DNA from: Tubulanus polymorphus
Taxonomy: Eukaryota; Animalia; Nemertea
Assembly: GCF_964204645.1 (NCBI RefSeq)
Contig: NC_134026.1
Location: 27,686,150 to 27,750,149, forward strand
Direction: 5' to 3'
Length of the DNA: 64,000 nt
Positions 25,648 through 38,808 of this stretch are shown in pieces. Position 1 is the first letter of the stretch, and each line of letters opens with the position of its first letter. The notes below the pieces were generated by a model. That model was not told the origin of the DNA and made no database searches. It saw nothing but the letters and a program-made list of their open reading frames with translations. The position numbers and the translations under genes were made by a program.

Positions 25648-28093
25648 TCACTCCGCTGTCAGTTCTGCAGTCTGCACCTTTTTCTTGATAACATTTCCGC
25701 GTTCATCCTCGGCAATTACAGAAACCATGAGCGCATTCTGTGACTTATTCTTAGCCTCTTCACCATCAATTCTGAAATATTTTGCCGATGCTGGACCACT
25801 GAATTCCCAGTGTCGTATAACAACACCCTCGGGTATACTTCGCAACTCAACAATGCGTAGACCATACAATGAAGTGACCATATTCCTACAAATGATTGAA
25901 AAAACTTGAAAATCTATGACTGCAAGTATTATTTTGATTTAGTAACACATCATTGAACATGAGACAAAATCACTTACTTGTTTATTTCCATTGGACGAGG
26001 AATTTTTGGACAATCTTCATAACAATTAAACCATCTATGAAAAACAAGCATACATCAATGATATATTTATGATATACAACCAGAGGATTAGTTCATAACA
26101 AATCGAACTTACTTATGATATCGAAGTAGAACAGCAGAAGATCGGAACCAATATGCCCCACCATCCGGACACTGTTGTTTGGGTTTGGATTTAATGCTTA
26201 TCGGCAGAGTTTCTGATGTATTTGGAAGTTTTGCTGGTAATACTCGAACCGGTGAATTCTGAACTGAAACTGGTTGACTTTGACTTTCAGCTAGAAATCG
26301 ATAGATAGAAAATCATTTTGAGAAACGAAATAAAGACAGATTACAATCCGTATCGAACGAGGATATCCAAGATCACTTACTAATGACAGAATGGTTATTA
26401 TGTTCCTCACAACAGCTATCATTAAGTGGTCTTGTCTCACTGCGTATACGGTTGTTACGAGTAGTATACTGACTGCTGGATAATAATTTACGAGTTTCTG
26501 TGCCGTCGTAATTACGTACAATCATCAACTGTCTACATTCTGGTTTAGTTCTTTGAAATGCAGGCTCTATCTGTATGAATACATCCACCGTGGTCGGAGC
26601 AGAATTATGTCGAACCCGAGGAATCTAACAAGAACATTGCGAATATTCATAACACGGATGGAAACTGGTAATTCATGACTAATAAGTGATTATACGCTAT
26701 ATCAAGCAATATCAAAGATCAATCTATTGCTATTCCATAAATAATCCAAACTTCTATCTACTTACCCGTTTATTAGTTGCTATAGGTTTTTGCTGTTTAA
26801 CTTGCACAGTTTTGTCAGTATTACTATGGTTATAGATGGAATATTTCTTTCCCTGAGTGTGTGGTTGAACAGTGAACACACGATATAGATCATCAAATCC
26901 CCGTGCCATTATCCCTGATGGTGTATGCCCAAGATCGAATGTGTGGCCCAGTTCGTGAAGACTTGCTCCCAATCCAGTGGAATAATTCGCCCAATAGTAC
27001 TGACTGAATATAGAATATTTACAAGTATCATCAGCATTGATTTAATCCTCCACAATAGGTATAAAAAGCAATCATACAAGCGATTTTGACCCAGGTCATC
27101 CGTTCACATTGATGCCGGCCTTGTTACAATAGATAGAAGAGTGCAGCTAAATTCACCAGTAATATCTTACCGGTATGCGCTGTCATCCATAAGTTGTGCT
27201 TTGTTGATTTTTTGACAGTCAGTTAACCTAGGTAAAACTTCATCTAGTGATTCAGCCCATGTGTGTAAATTACCAGTACCAAATAACGCAAGACCCCCTC
27301 CACCTAGCAACAAAAAATCGGTAAACACATAATCAATACTAGCAGCTATATCTAAATGGAAATTGGAGTTGTCACGGAATCCAAATTATTCACCTAAAGC
27401 AGTATGTCCTTTTGTGTGTTGAAGAATTTCAGCGTGTGTTTTAGGAATAAATCCCTCCTTTACACTGTATCTCGTGAATGACATAAATGCATACCATTTG
27501 CAATATTCTTTATTTGGCAAATTCGAAGACATGAATTCTCGCGCAAAATGTGTCCACAGTTCATTACCTGACATGGAATGAGCTTCGTTTAAAGTGAGTG
27601 ATGTTGTAAATATATAACAAATTGGTCGATGGTTTTGATCGGTTTCCAGTTGAAACGTGACGCGCCCGAGGGCTTGTTCGTTGATTTTCTCCGCAGTGAA
27701 TGTTTGTATTAGCTGCGCCCCGAGTGTAATTCGCCTTTGAGCGCTCTGTGGCGAGTTGTCCTGCGAATCTGGTGCCTGGAAACATCCCGGGTCATCCTTA
27801 CACCTGATGTATACCGGTCGTACAAAATATTTACACTTTGATATTTTATAGGTCAGCGTAATTTCTTCAGAAATGCCGAGACATGAAATAATGATAGTAT
27901 TTAACCCTGGGGTTAGTTGTACCAGCGCTTTGAATTGAGAATTTCTAACTGGCCAGGATAAAGTCTTTTGTAATGTAGTGTTGGTCACGTTTACATTGAT
28001 GACTCCATTTGAATTGAAAACTTTTCCAATAAGTAAAGGTAATGAGTAGTCTAATTCTTCCCCTGAGACCAAATTTGTTATCGATATCTTCAT
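25648..28093 (-). CDS. YIL108W-like putative zinc metallopeptidase (Metallopep/PF12044-type), no signal peptide
   Basis: Exons 28093-27394, 27303-27171, 27003-26766, 26624-26381, 26290-26113, 26034-25978, 25885-25648 join in frame. Motifs FKALVQLTPGLNTI, HTALGGGGLALFG, GASLHELGHTFDLGHTPSGIMARG and GAYWFRSSAVLLRYH. Non-coding first exon donor near 28641. Confidence 0.85.
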
Positions 28094-31050
28094 TTTTTAT
28101 GCTGAAATTTAAAAAAAAATTGTTTATTATCTAGTCACACTTAACAAAATGGATGCATATTATGTGTAAAAAGGGATGGCCTACATAACGACAAAAAAAG
28201 AAGTTTCACTGAGAACCTTAGTGTCAGTGGTATATCGCTAACGGGTGGTTCACGCGAGCTCTTTAGTATAGGAAGTATACGGAGCTACGCGAACCGGCCA
28301 TTGTCAGGACTGGGTGAACCAGAAGTTTGCAAATTTTGCTCTCGTATGCTACCAAGATTCATGATTGGCAAGAAGGAAGTGGCGTTGTCTTCTCCAAATC
28401 ATAGTCTTTTGGCTCATAAAGATTTGTTAGAGTTAAGACATTCAATTAACCTGACTGCTCCTCAAGACAAAAATCAGGAGAGGAGGATGAAGCCTTTTTC
28501 GAACGAAGATTAAGAAGGAAGTAAGTAATAGACTTGTTCGATGTTGTGATGATGATGGTTTTCAATTTCGAAAAATCACTCCACACTCTGCTTTTTGTAC
28601 ATCAAAAACACAGTTGCTTCATACAATTAGTCAACCCACTCACCCAAAACAAGTCGTTGTTTCCGTGTTAGCAAGAATAAATTGATCGTAATTCATGCCA
28701 GTTCATGATTTATTCTAAAAGTTGTTTTTATTTTGCATCAATAATCGACCACAACGCCATCTGGATATACACACAGTCCTCGCTTGCCAGTGTATAGCTG
28801 AAAGGCGTTGCTTCGAGTGCCTACACGTTCCACCTGCTGGTGGCTAACGATATGCTCTGCGATCTGTAATATAATTCTTTTGAATGTATTCATGGTATTT
28901 GACTTTCGAAATTAGGTGGTCCTGATGATATTAAATAATGAGCGTCTTAAGTTCATCCTTAATTAAACTCGGCCATGTTCATCTTCAAACCCAATGAAGA
29001 AGGTATGAACCATGCCGGTGGCCAGTATCGAAAGACCTCAAAACTTAGAAAGAAGTCGTTGTAACGAAACGCAGGTAACGAGTGAAATATATCCTCTCAA
29101 TAGAAAAAGAAGTTACTAAATAATATACTTTCAATACTTAAGAAAAAATCTATTTTACATGACACTCCAATACATAAGTAATATGTACAAAACGGGAAGT
29201 ACACACAAGATACAATATAATATTAGTAATACAAAGAACAAAAATTTATATATCTAATGCAAGAATGTCTTCTTAATTATTTACAATATATCATATTTTA
29301 GTTTGGGTGTAGCACAGTCTAAGTGCATTCTATGCACCGGTAGTATGTACTTCATTAAATCAGATCATTTCTAATATTCGTTCATTATCTTTTAATGTAG
29401 AAACTCTGTTTAACATACGTCTAGAGGCTAATGTCTGAAAATACCAGGGGGAGGTTCCATGTACTAAGTCGAACCTGCGGGTTAGAGTAAACTGGCAGTG
29501 ATGAAGCCTAAAACTGTTTTTCATAGTAATTAGTAATAAAGTATGTGAACTCGAGGAGACAGTGATTCATTGGCTAGTTAGATACACGAATATTATATAC
29601 AATATCAATGATTTATAATTTAGTAAATTCTATGACCAGAGGGCAACATTAATTCAGGTTTTAGAAATGGATAGTGTGTTTAAAGTTTGTACAAAATTGA
29701 TGGTCTCTTAATGTCCCGCATAACAAGTGAACACAAATTAGAATTAAATGAACCACTAACATATTTTACATTAAATGCAAGGGATACGTTTTGTATTTCT
29801 AGAGGATACAGGTTATTTCAGCCTAATCAATATTCGACATTTTTAGAGCTGAATCCAGGGCAGATCGAGCCTCATTTCCTGAGTACCGCTCAGTCCATAT
29901 CACAGCACCCCAGACAGGGGTGCGGGTTCTAACACCCAGAAAATGTTACCACCTCCAGATGCAATCAGAGTATTTGTGCCGGATATCAATTTTCCATACA
30001 TCCGAAATGATTGGATCCAATTATATTTGAGCTTCGTTCATCCATAAGTACCGCACGCGGTAATGGCAGTAGGCAGCGATCGGCCCCTGTGAATATCCCA
30101 TATATTAGATCAAAACTCATCATACAAAGCTTGTAAGTACCTGAGTATGTTTTACAGAAATATATCTAGTTTCTTGATCTCTCTCATTTAATTCAATTCC
30201 GTTATTCTTTTAGTTTGAGAATTCATTTCGAGTTACCATAATTCTGTTAGTAGTTTAGTGGTTAAACAACAGAAAAATTACGACATGTCATGTTTAATTG
30301 ACAATTGCTCATGACATTGAATACAGGTACAAATACAATAGCGATTGTAACAAGATATTTCTACACACAAAGATATATTTTGGCAACAAAGGGCAAGCAA
30401 AATTTCATGACTACTGTATGGGTCTATGTTCAAACTAGTCTAATGGGGACAATCAATCCAATTTAGCAATTCAATATTTCACTAGATTAAATCAACTAAA
30501 TGGAATTCAAGCATTTATTGAACTTTGTTATATGACCGCCAGACTTATTCAGAATGGTCAATAACTTGTGAAATACTGAGCACAGATTGTAAAAGCTCGC
30601 CCCGTGTGCACAAACAAAATACCATCATAGATTGATGCATTTTAAAGCGAAACTCAATATAATTGAAAATCAACCACAGAATCGAACATACATGTCAACA
30701 TACATATGATTTTAGAACATGAACATTTTGTGATAAATTTAATATTGAATTATCAACGGATGTGTGATAATCATCACTTCACAACAAATACGCTAAGTTC
30801 CACTCCACGGATAAGCAATCTTTGGAACACCAATTACTTTCTAATTATGATTCATTGTTATCAAAAGAATATGAATCTAAGTAATTATGGAGTGGTATCT
30901 GATGATTCGTTTGACTTCAAATCTATGCTACTTGTTTCTATTGTATTGGCAATGATTATGAAAAGAAATTATATTTTAGCAGCTCGATGATCACATATTC
31001 TTCCATTATTAGCACATTTATTTTTCATAATCCAAAATCTATTTGTTGAT

Positions 31051-33657
31051 TTAAGTTTGATGTTCCATCCATCGACAGACTCCCCTCAGGACTAGTTCTC
31101 GATTAATTAAGAATGCCTAAAATCAAGAATAAGCACATTAGACATTGTTGTAAAGGCAATTTTGATATCGAATTGATTTGACATGGAACTAAACATACCA
31201 CATTTCCTTGAACTTGATAAAGATTGATATATGGTACATTGGTTTCAGCATCATGTGCTACAATCTGAGCCTGCAGTAACTGGCCTTGAGTCAACTCTTC
31301 AAGTACAGCTCCAGCTTCTTCTGAGTAATCTTCTTCACCTAGAAAACAAATAATGTTATTTAATGCACGAATTCCAAGTTAGTGAAACTTTCTTCAACTA
31401 ATACCTCTACAAACCTTCTAAGGGAGCCACATTTGCCATGTAACATTCAGTAGCCTGGAAAGGCACAGTCATGAAATCACCTCTGTAATGTACAAAAAGA
31501 AGAATAATACGGATTCACGATTTTTTAAATGATTTATTTTCTCACATTTCTGAAGAACTCACCGGATCTGTTTCAAGGATGAACAACTAATTCGTGCATA
31601 CCCTCCATAATCCACGAATTTAACATCGCACTCATCTGATTCTTCCATATAGCTGACTACCTGACCTCGATACCAGCCATCCATTATTGGAGCAGCACAA
31701 ATAACACCGCCTAGGAAGATATAAATTCGAATAAGGTATAGGCATCAGATAAAATATCTTGAAAGCTGGCAACTAAACATGATGAATTGTTTAAGTACCT
31801 TCAATTGGTTTGGGTAACTCTGGAACTGAGAAGTCTTCCGTATAACAGGTGTACATACACTGTACAAGTCGATCCATCGTTGGATATGTAGGATGTGTTG
31901 GTTGTTGTATGAATAGTTGACCAGCACTCACAATGCTTGATACAATCACGTCACAATTGACAGCTTCAGGGAGGTTTAACTGAAGAAATGAATATCTGAA
32001 TTCAATCAAAAATCCAATAACATCAAATGCAGTAAACGCATGCAGTGCTGCCAACCTGTGAAAAGTGCTATCAGTATCAAATTGAATTTATTTAGTAACA
32101 TTTCAATGAAATATGGAACAAAACGTTCAAATTAATCAGTAATCAACAGTAAGACCCTCAGCAGTAACATCTTTCATATTTCTGTATGCATCAAACAAAT
32201 CAAATCAGTATTTCTCATAAGATAGTAACGAATACTGAAAATCAGGAACAGTTTGCTGCAGCTCTGTGCATGTCACAACGACCAAACATACCTGCATTAA
32301 TTCAGGTGATAACATCGGACTGGCAGGTGGGGCTGCATTAATTTGACGATAGTCAATCCCGGGGAATTTTCTCTGCGGGAATTTTCTTTTGATAATGACC
32401 AACGCTGCTTGAATCTGACTTTCTGTTCCTGTAAAATTGATCGAAAATTGATATATGAAAACAAATTGGCTTCCTTCCAATTGCTTTTAAAAAGTCCAAT
32501 TCTAATTTCAATATAGGCTACCTTCAATCGAACAAATCTGTGTATCTCTACTGTAAATGTTGCGCAACAATGCGATACTAGCTCCCGATTCTTCTCTGAT
32601 ACCGTTCACAGTTCTACCACGTCGTCCAACGAGCATCGCGCAAAGATCACTCGGAAATGTGAATTGGTACACTTGGATATCTTCCGCATTATTGACAACA
32701 TCCATGACACTTCCACCTTTACCACTATCGTTTGAGCCCTAAAATCACCAGCACAGTACATTAGAACTTTCTAACAACGATTCATAAATTATGAACCTAA
32801 ACTTTCATAGTTTTGCTCCCTGACAATTTAAGCTGTTTTCCCTGCTTTTATAAACTAAGATCCCAATTAATTATTTACACAGTCAAAATACGTAACCCTA
32901 GTGAAAACTGTTACAAATTTCAACGACTGTCCCCCGATCCAGGTCACCGGCCATCATGTGAATACATAATTAACTCTTTACTCACATCAGAGGATATTGA
33001 TTCAGCGCTAGATTTTTCTTTGCGAGGACTCAATACTTCTTGTCCAGTCTCGCCTAACGGTATGCTATTGGGTCGCATTAGTTTCTTTGGTTCATTATCG
33101 GACGTTGATTCAATTTCATGTTCTATGTCATGCGAGTCAGTTTCATCTGCGGTGGTCTGTTTTGTTTCTTCGGCCTTTTCGATTTCATCCGACCAGCTGT
33201 TGTTATGTTGATCATTATTAATATCAATGTCACTAATACAGTCACACGACTCCTTACAACTCAGTTCATTGTTTATTGATTCAGTTATATTGACAGTTGG
33301 CTCAGAACCAACTGCATTTACTGTTTGATCTGTTATAATTAGTTCTTCGCAAACTTCCTCCACTACTGGGGACACTTCAACCGGGTCGCTCAAATCCTCT
33401 TTAGGATATAAATCATTTTTAACAATATTTTCAACAGATAATTCCTCGATTACATCCGCTGGGGAAACATTTACAGGCAATTCATTTGATGAATTATTTT
33501 CATTCTCACTGATAGTAATATCTTGAACTCTTTGAGTGATATCCGATTCATTATTTCCATTATTTGTTTTTTTACGCCTCCAAATGAGATAACCAACTAC
33601 TGCTACTACAGTCGGTACAAATAATGTAACAATAGTCCGTAATGATGACATTTTCAT
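31051..33657 (-). CDS. AKAP1: A-kinase anchor protein 1 / spoonbill-like (mitochondrial anchor, KH, Tudor)
   Basis: Exons 33657-32986, 32738-32522, 32428-32292, 31979-31799, 31710-31563, 31482-31415, 31338-31199, 31116-31051. N-terminal TM plus basic tail (VVAVVGYLIWRRKK), KH GxxG (LVGRRGRTV), FIQQPTHPTY, Tudor WYRGQV...FVDYGG, C-terminal LINRELVLRGVCRWM. Confidence 0.93.
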
Positions 33658-34043
33658 TTATCGATCGACGTCCCTGATGCCATATAAAACCTAAAATTAA
33701 ATACGAATACAATAATTAACAAGAACCAAATACATAATTTGGACTTCATGCATCTGTGATTAATAATAATATGTGAGTCATACACTGTCCACCATACTAT
33801 ACAGCACAGCTACTACTGGTAAAGCCCCCCAGTAACGCCTGGCTGGCCCTGACAGCAGAGTCGCAAATTACCAGGATGGAACAGTAATGTTTCATTTAAT
33901 GCATACAGCAATTGTCTTTGTAAAGTCAATGACAAAATTAAACGATTATCAATTACATAATTACGTAGAAAACAATAAAATCAATCAAATCCAATGTGGC
34001 GAAAATCAAAACAAAATGTGGTTTTTGGATGTGGATTTAAGTA

Positions 34044-34501
34044 CCTTTTTGGAAGGGTTTCCACTCGAGTGACCGTTCTTTATAAACTGTGTAATCTACC
34101 ACACTACGTGCGATTGGTTTTTAAGTTGTGCAATGTTTTTGAAACGTACATGAACGCGTTTTATTTGGTAAATTCCGCACCTTCGACTGAACACACGTGT
34201 TTCACCATCAACCAACACCGCCACCTGGTGCACGATAACGCGCTTCATTTGAAAAACTGACTCCAGTGACTGACAGAGTCTTTGGTTTTTGGACATTCGC
34301 TGTAAGTCTTATGTTAAACGTATTCACAAATGTGAACCCTGCATGATGTTAGATTTTAGTAACACCTGAAGCGTATTTTGGGCTTTATATAGAGCAACCT
34401 ATGTATCCTAGCTAGTAAAAAACCTCGCTTGCCAGGGGCATGTGCCGTGGTCCTTGGAAGAAACTAACTAACATTAACATAAACATTAAAATTTTTTTCA
34501 G
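34044..34501. promoter_or_regulatory. Bidirectional promoter AKAP1(-)/SPICE1(+) with CDE/CHR-like, CCAAT and CTCF-like motifs
   Basis: AKAP1 first-exon donor near 34044 (minus); SPICE1 donor GTAAGT at 34302 and acceptor at 34501; ACGCGC-N4-TTTGAA at 34238-34253; ATTGG at about 34113; minus-strand GCACCAGGTGGCGG at about 34218-34231. Confidence 0.6.
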
Positions 34502-34513
34502 AAAAAAAAGAAA

Positions 34514-37500
34514 ATGTCATTTGTTCGTTCAACAAAAAATAAATTGCCAGCTGCTGGTGTTAAGCAGAAAAAATCCAGCAAGAAGAGACCTAATTGGGAT
34601 GTAAGCAACCAGTTTCAAACTTAAATTCAGTTCAGGATCGATTTAACTTTATCCCATCAAGATCAAGTGTATTTCATCAAGTGTATTTTATTGCAGGATA
34701 CTGTAAATGATTTGACTGTCCACAAGGCTAGTGCAGAAGAAATTGTAAGTAGCCCACGACCCTAGAACTACGGAAGCCCCTAGTAGGTGACGTACAAGAT
34801 AATTTATTCACAATTTCGAACAACTTATTATGTCGAATTTGACTTATTATCTCGAAATTCGACATAATAAGTTGACTTAAATTCGGCTTAAGAAATTGTG
34901 AAAAGATTATCTCGTATGTCACCAAAGTGCTTCCGTATAGTACCAATGTACAGTCAAACCTGCTTAATCTGGATCTGCTTATCCGGATTTTCGTATAGCC
35001 TAATCACGACAATATTTGCAGTCCAGTTGTTCATTAATATACGCCACAAGAAAATGACTTTTTATCCAGATTTCCCGTGAACCGGATGAATTTTGTTGGT
35101 CCAAAATGATCCGAATTAGAACGGATTCTACTAGACAATGTACATAGGCTATAGCATATTAATCAGGCCCTACAGATAGGCCTGCTGTTCTACATTAAGA
35201 AGCGATGTTTTTGAAACTCAGTGAATTACATTTTTTGTTGCAGACTAAAAGAAAAGAAGTACACAGATCAAAAAATTCAGAAATAGTCACCCTTGAGAAG
35301 ACACGTCAATTGATCGCGAGAGGTTTGTCTGCATTTATCATTATAATTATTTGTTCCTGTCTCTTTACTGATCAAAAACTGATCTAATGATTCGACAAAT
35401 GTTTTTACAGCAATGGCTGCTAAAAGTGAAGAAGTTGCTAAAAGCGCTGAGAAAAAAAAAGTAGCACTTCTGAAAGAAGTATTGCATGATCAAGAAGAGG
35501 TGGGTCTCTAATAGCAAAAAGGATTCAATGGTTGTACAACAGTAGACTCATGACTCGCAGACTTTATTAATGATTTTACTGTTTTTAGTTTCATGATGTT
35601 ATATCAAGATCAGATAAAACAATTGCTATGGTGAAAGATCTATTTGGAGACAATCCTAGGGTAAATACAATAAATCACATCATTACAATTACAAATTATT
35701 AGTTGAATAGGTAACAAATGTATGATAATTCTATTTCATGCAGCGCTATACTGGATTTCCTAATGTAACAATTGCTCCAGGGCAGCCCGTCATTGAGAAA
35801 CCTGATGGGTAAGTAGTGCACTCATTTTGTATTCATTTCATATCAATAATTAAAAATTTTGATCCTATTACAAATGATGTTGCTTCGTATAATTCATATA
35901 GCACTATAGTAGCTCAGGATTTAACCTTGTTACCAGAAGCACCAGATTTTAACACAAGTCAACTGGAAAAACTCAGTGAACGAATCATGGATGATGAAGC
36001 CCTTAATGAGATCGAGCCAGATGATGGTAGGTTGATTTATGTCGATCGCAATTATAGGTGACAAAAAGTATGGATAACTTTATTAATCCTTTCAGTGCTG
36101 ACTAATTTATACCCTAAATTGCTAAAATTATTCAAGAATTTTTGAAAAATTTCTCCTTAGTGCGTTAAATAACAGGCATACTGTTATAACGTGTCTACAC
36201 CATTATGCGGTGTATCGTTTGTTACTTATATTTATCTGTGTTTGACAGGTACCGCCATCTTTCATTAAGATTAAAACCTAATTTTACATTAATACACCGC
36301 GATGTGGTGTACTAGCGAAGTCTATCAACGGTTTATTCACCGCATTGCAGTTAAGACGCACTGAAAAGTTGTCTATTCTGATTTCAGAAGGATGTGAAGA
36401 AGATGAAGATGTGGTAGTCAATTATCAGCCACGCTTTAATTTGAGTCGATTTCAACAGTTTCTTGAACGCGAGCAAACAAACAGTATTCAACAACAAAAC
36501 AATGACTTATCGTTACAGCAGAATGAGCCAGGTGCAGTAGCCTTCATATATCGGTAATGGTTTTCAAATTGGGGGCGTCTAGTTGTGAAACAATTCTTAA
36601 TCTTTTTTGCTTTTGTAGATAATTCAATGTTAACTCTACATGCTGAGAATGAACAAACAGTTCCAGAAAAAGACACAACCATCACTATTGAGACCACCAC
36701 ATCGAAAAATCATAAACAAAAGAAAAGCAAGAAAGACAACAAAGAGAATAAAACTAAAACTAAGAAGACTTCTGTTAAAGAAAAGCCAGAAAGTCCTCAG
36801 CATATGAAAGATTTGAGAAAGGTACAACGTATCTCACAAAACCAATAAATGATGATTTTTTAATGTTCCAAACTTACTTTTAGAAAAATGTCTAGGTTTT
36901 AGGAAATCTGGAAAATGAAATATATGAGTATGAAAAACAGATTGGTCATGATGATGGCAAAGTTGATACACAACGAACAGAGAGCACATTTTCTGGCTAC
37001 ACAGTTGCACTGGTTGATGCTGTTTCTAGATTGACATGTCTTCTCAGACAGGTATTTATTATTCATTTTTGATATTTTTTCAAAAACCTGTTCGAAGCTC
37101 TCAATCTTGTCATTTTAACACTTACTTATTTTGCCAGAGGGATGCCAAACTGCAGGCTGAAGGCCATATGAGAGAGCAACTTACACAAGATGTTCAACAT
37201 TTGCATGGATTGGTTGATGCTCTTACAGCTGTAAGTATTTCTTCTCTTCGTTAACGATATTCAAATTTGATTAATTTCATTCAACTCTTAGATCTTTTCT
37301 TCCTGTTATGTGAATAGGAAGTCATTAAGAGCCACGAGTCACAGATGAATTTAAACATTGAATTTCAACAATTCCGACAGAAGACAATTGAAGAGTTCCA
37401 ACGAATGCAAGTATGTATGGTTTTTATCTTGAATTATTCTAGTTGAGAAACTATCTAGAAAAATGGGTTTTTTTTTTTTATAGCTGATACAACCAGGAGT

Positions 37501-38808
37501 ACATGCTACTCAGACACCGTTGTCTGTGTCTCCGCTTGATTTAAACAAAAGTAAAGACACAGCCACTGATTCTAGTTCTGATTATGTTCCGCGGACATGT
37601 CAATCAGACCCAAATATTTCTAAGCAAGAACTTCACAAACAAGGTATGTTACGCTGGATCTATATATTTAATCAATTTCTGGTGTTTTTTGTTTGTTTTA
37701 AATCTTTACTGCTAATTCTGTTGTAGTGAAGGCATCGCTGAGTAATTCATCTGCTCCTGTTCATGTGGTAACTGTTCCTAAACCAACACCTCTTGTAATG
37801 GATAAAGGAAAAGCCAAAGAATCCTCAGATTTGCAGCGCCAAATTGCTGAACTGTCTGCGGAACACGAACGAGCTCAGTCACGAATCTTTCAGTTGCAGA
37901 ATCTGAACCAAGCATTGAATAAGATTACTGTACCAGAACCTAAAACGAGTAAGTGATGCCAGTAGTTTTGATATACCCAATTCATTGTCACAAGTACCAA
38001 AACTAAACCACCCATCTTGAATTCATACAAACCTTAACTGTAAACTCACCTTGAATTTACTGATTGATATTCTTTTACTTCCAAAGTTCCTGTAACTACA
38101 TGCAGACCTATACCACTGCAAACTGTCGGTCAATCGGAGGCTGAAACTTTGGTTTCGAGTGATGACGATTTGAATCAGCTGAACATAGTTTTACATGATC
38201 AAGCAATGAAGAAGGTATATACCGGTATAGCCTTTGATGTACATGTGCAACACTATGTTATTTTTCTGTCAATAACCTTGTTTAAATTTACAGTTCCAAG
38301 AGCCAACTATGTCACCTGCTATTTCACCTATACCTGATGCAGGCATCAGCACAAAGGTGAGTCTATCCTCCTCGAACCCGAACGCACCACGCACAGGGAC
38401 CAGTGCCTTAATCCTAAGCACAGCCAGCTGGCTAGCACTGGATCCTTCATAACCATATAGTGCACCTAAACCCTGTCCATATATGACATTGTATATATGA
38501 AAAATTATGAAAAATAAATATACTACTGCTACTCCTCAAAGACTAATATCACATATAATTTGTGACACATTTCATGTTGAAGATTCTGTATTTTGTATTT
38601 AGAAAATTATGGTGTCAATTCCTTCTCTTGGGGTTCATGACTTTGAACCATTGTCGCCTGATCCGGAAAGGTTAGTTTCATTACGTTTAACTCTTGATTC
38701 CGATCCTAATTAGTGGTATCTGAGAAATCATCTTAAAAATGATTATGTTTATTTTCCAGACCTATTTCACCGCTGTCTTCAATTGAAGCCATTCCTCATA
38801 TCGACTAA
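34514..38808 (+). CDS. SPICE1: Spindle and centriole-associated protein 1
   Basis: About 18 short exons from ATG 34514 to TAA 38808. N-terminus MSFVRS...NWD|DTVNDLTVHKASAEEI|TKRKEVHRSKN, then LLKEVLHDQ, RYTGFPNVTIAP, TFSGYTVALVDAVSRL and GLVDALTAE match recalled SPICE1 blocks. Most exons are too short to appear in the ORF track. Confidence 0.9.
34792..34917. repeat. Long imperfect palindrome (fold-back) in SPICE1 intron 2
   Basis: CAACTTATTATGTCGAATTT (34821-34840) is the exact reverse complement of 34855-34874; outer arms 34793-34817 and 34892-34916 pair with 3 mismatches. Confidence 0.85.
34949..35133. mobile_element. Degenerate pogo/Tigger-type MITE
   Basis: Begins TA-CAGTCAAACCTGCTTAATCTGG, internal ATCCGG subrepeats, ends CCGAATTAGAACGGATTCTACTA (imperfect inverted copy). 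Confidence 0.55.
36180..36331. mobile_element. Small degenerate inverted-repeat element in SPICE1 intron
   Basis: TACACCATTATGCGGTGTAT near the left end and ATACACCGCGATGTGGTGTA near the right end are imperfect reverse complements; the intron is enlarged relative to its neighbours. Confidence 0.45.

Noticed and set aside
28994-29045. Penelope-type minimal hammerhead ribozyme (TGAAGA...stem...CGAAA)
   Set aside because: The core reads ATGAAGA rather than CTGANGA and no stem I pairing is visible; at most a dead remnant.
29640-29965. Possible MITE remnant downstream of AKAP1
   Set aside because: GC-richer fragments resemble the 15939 element, but no TIR pair or TSD could be defined.
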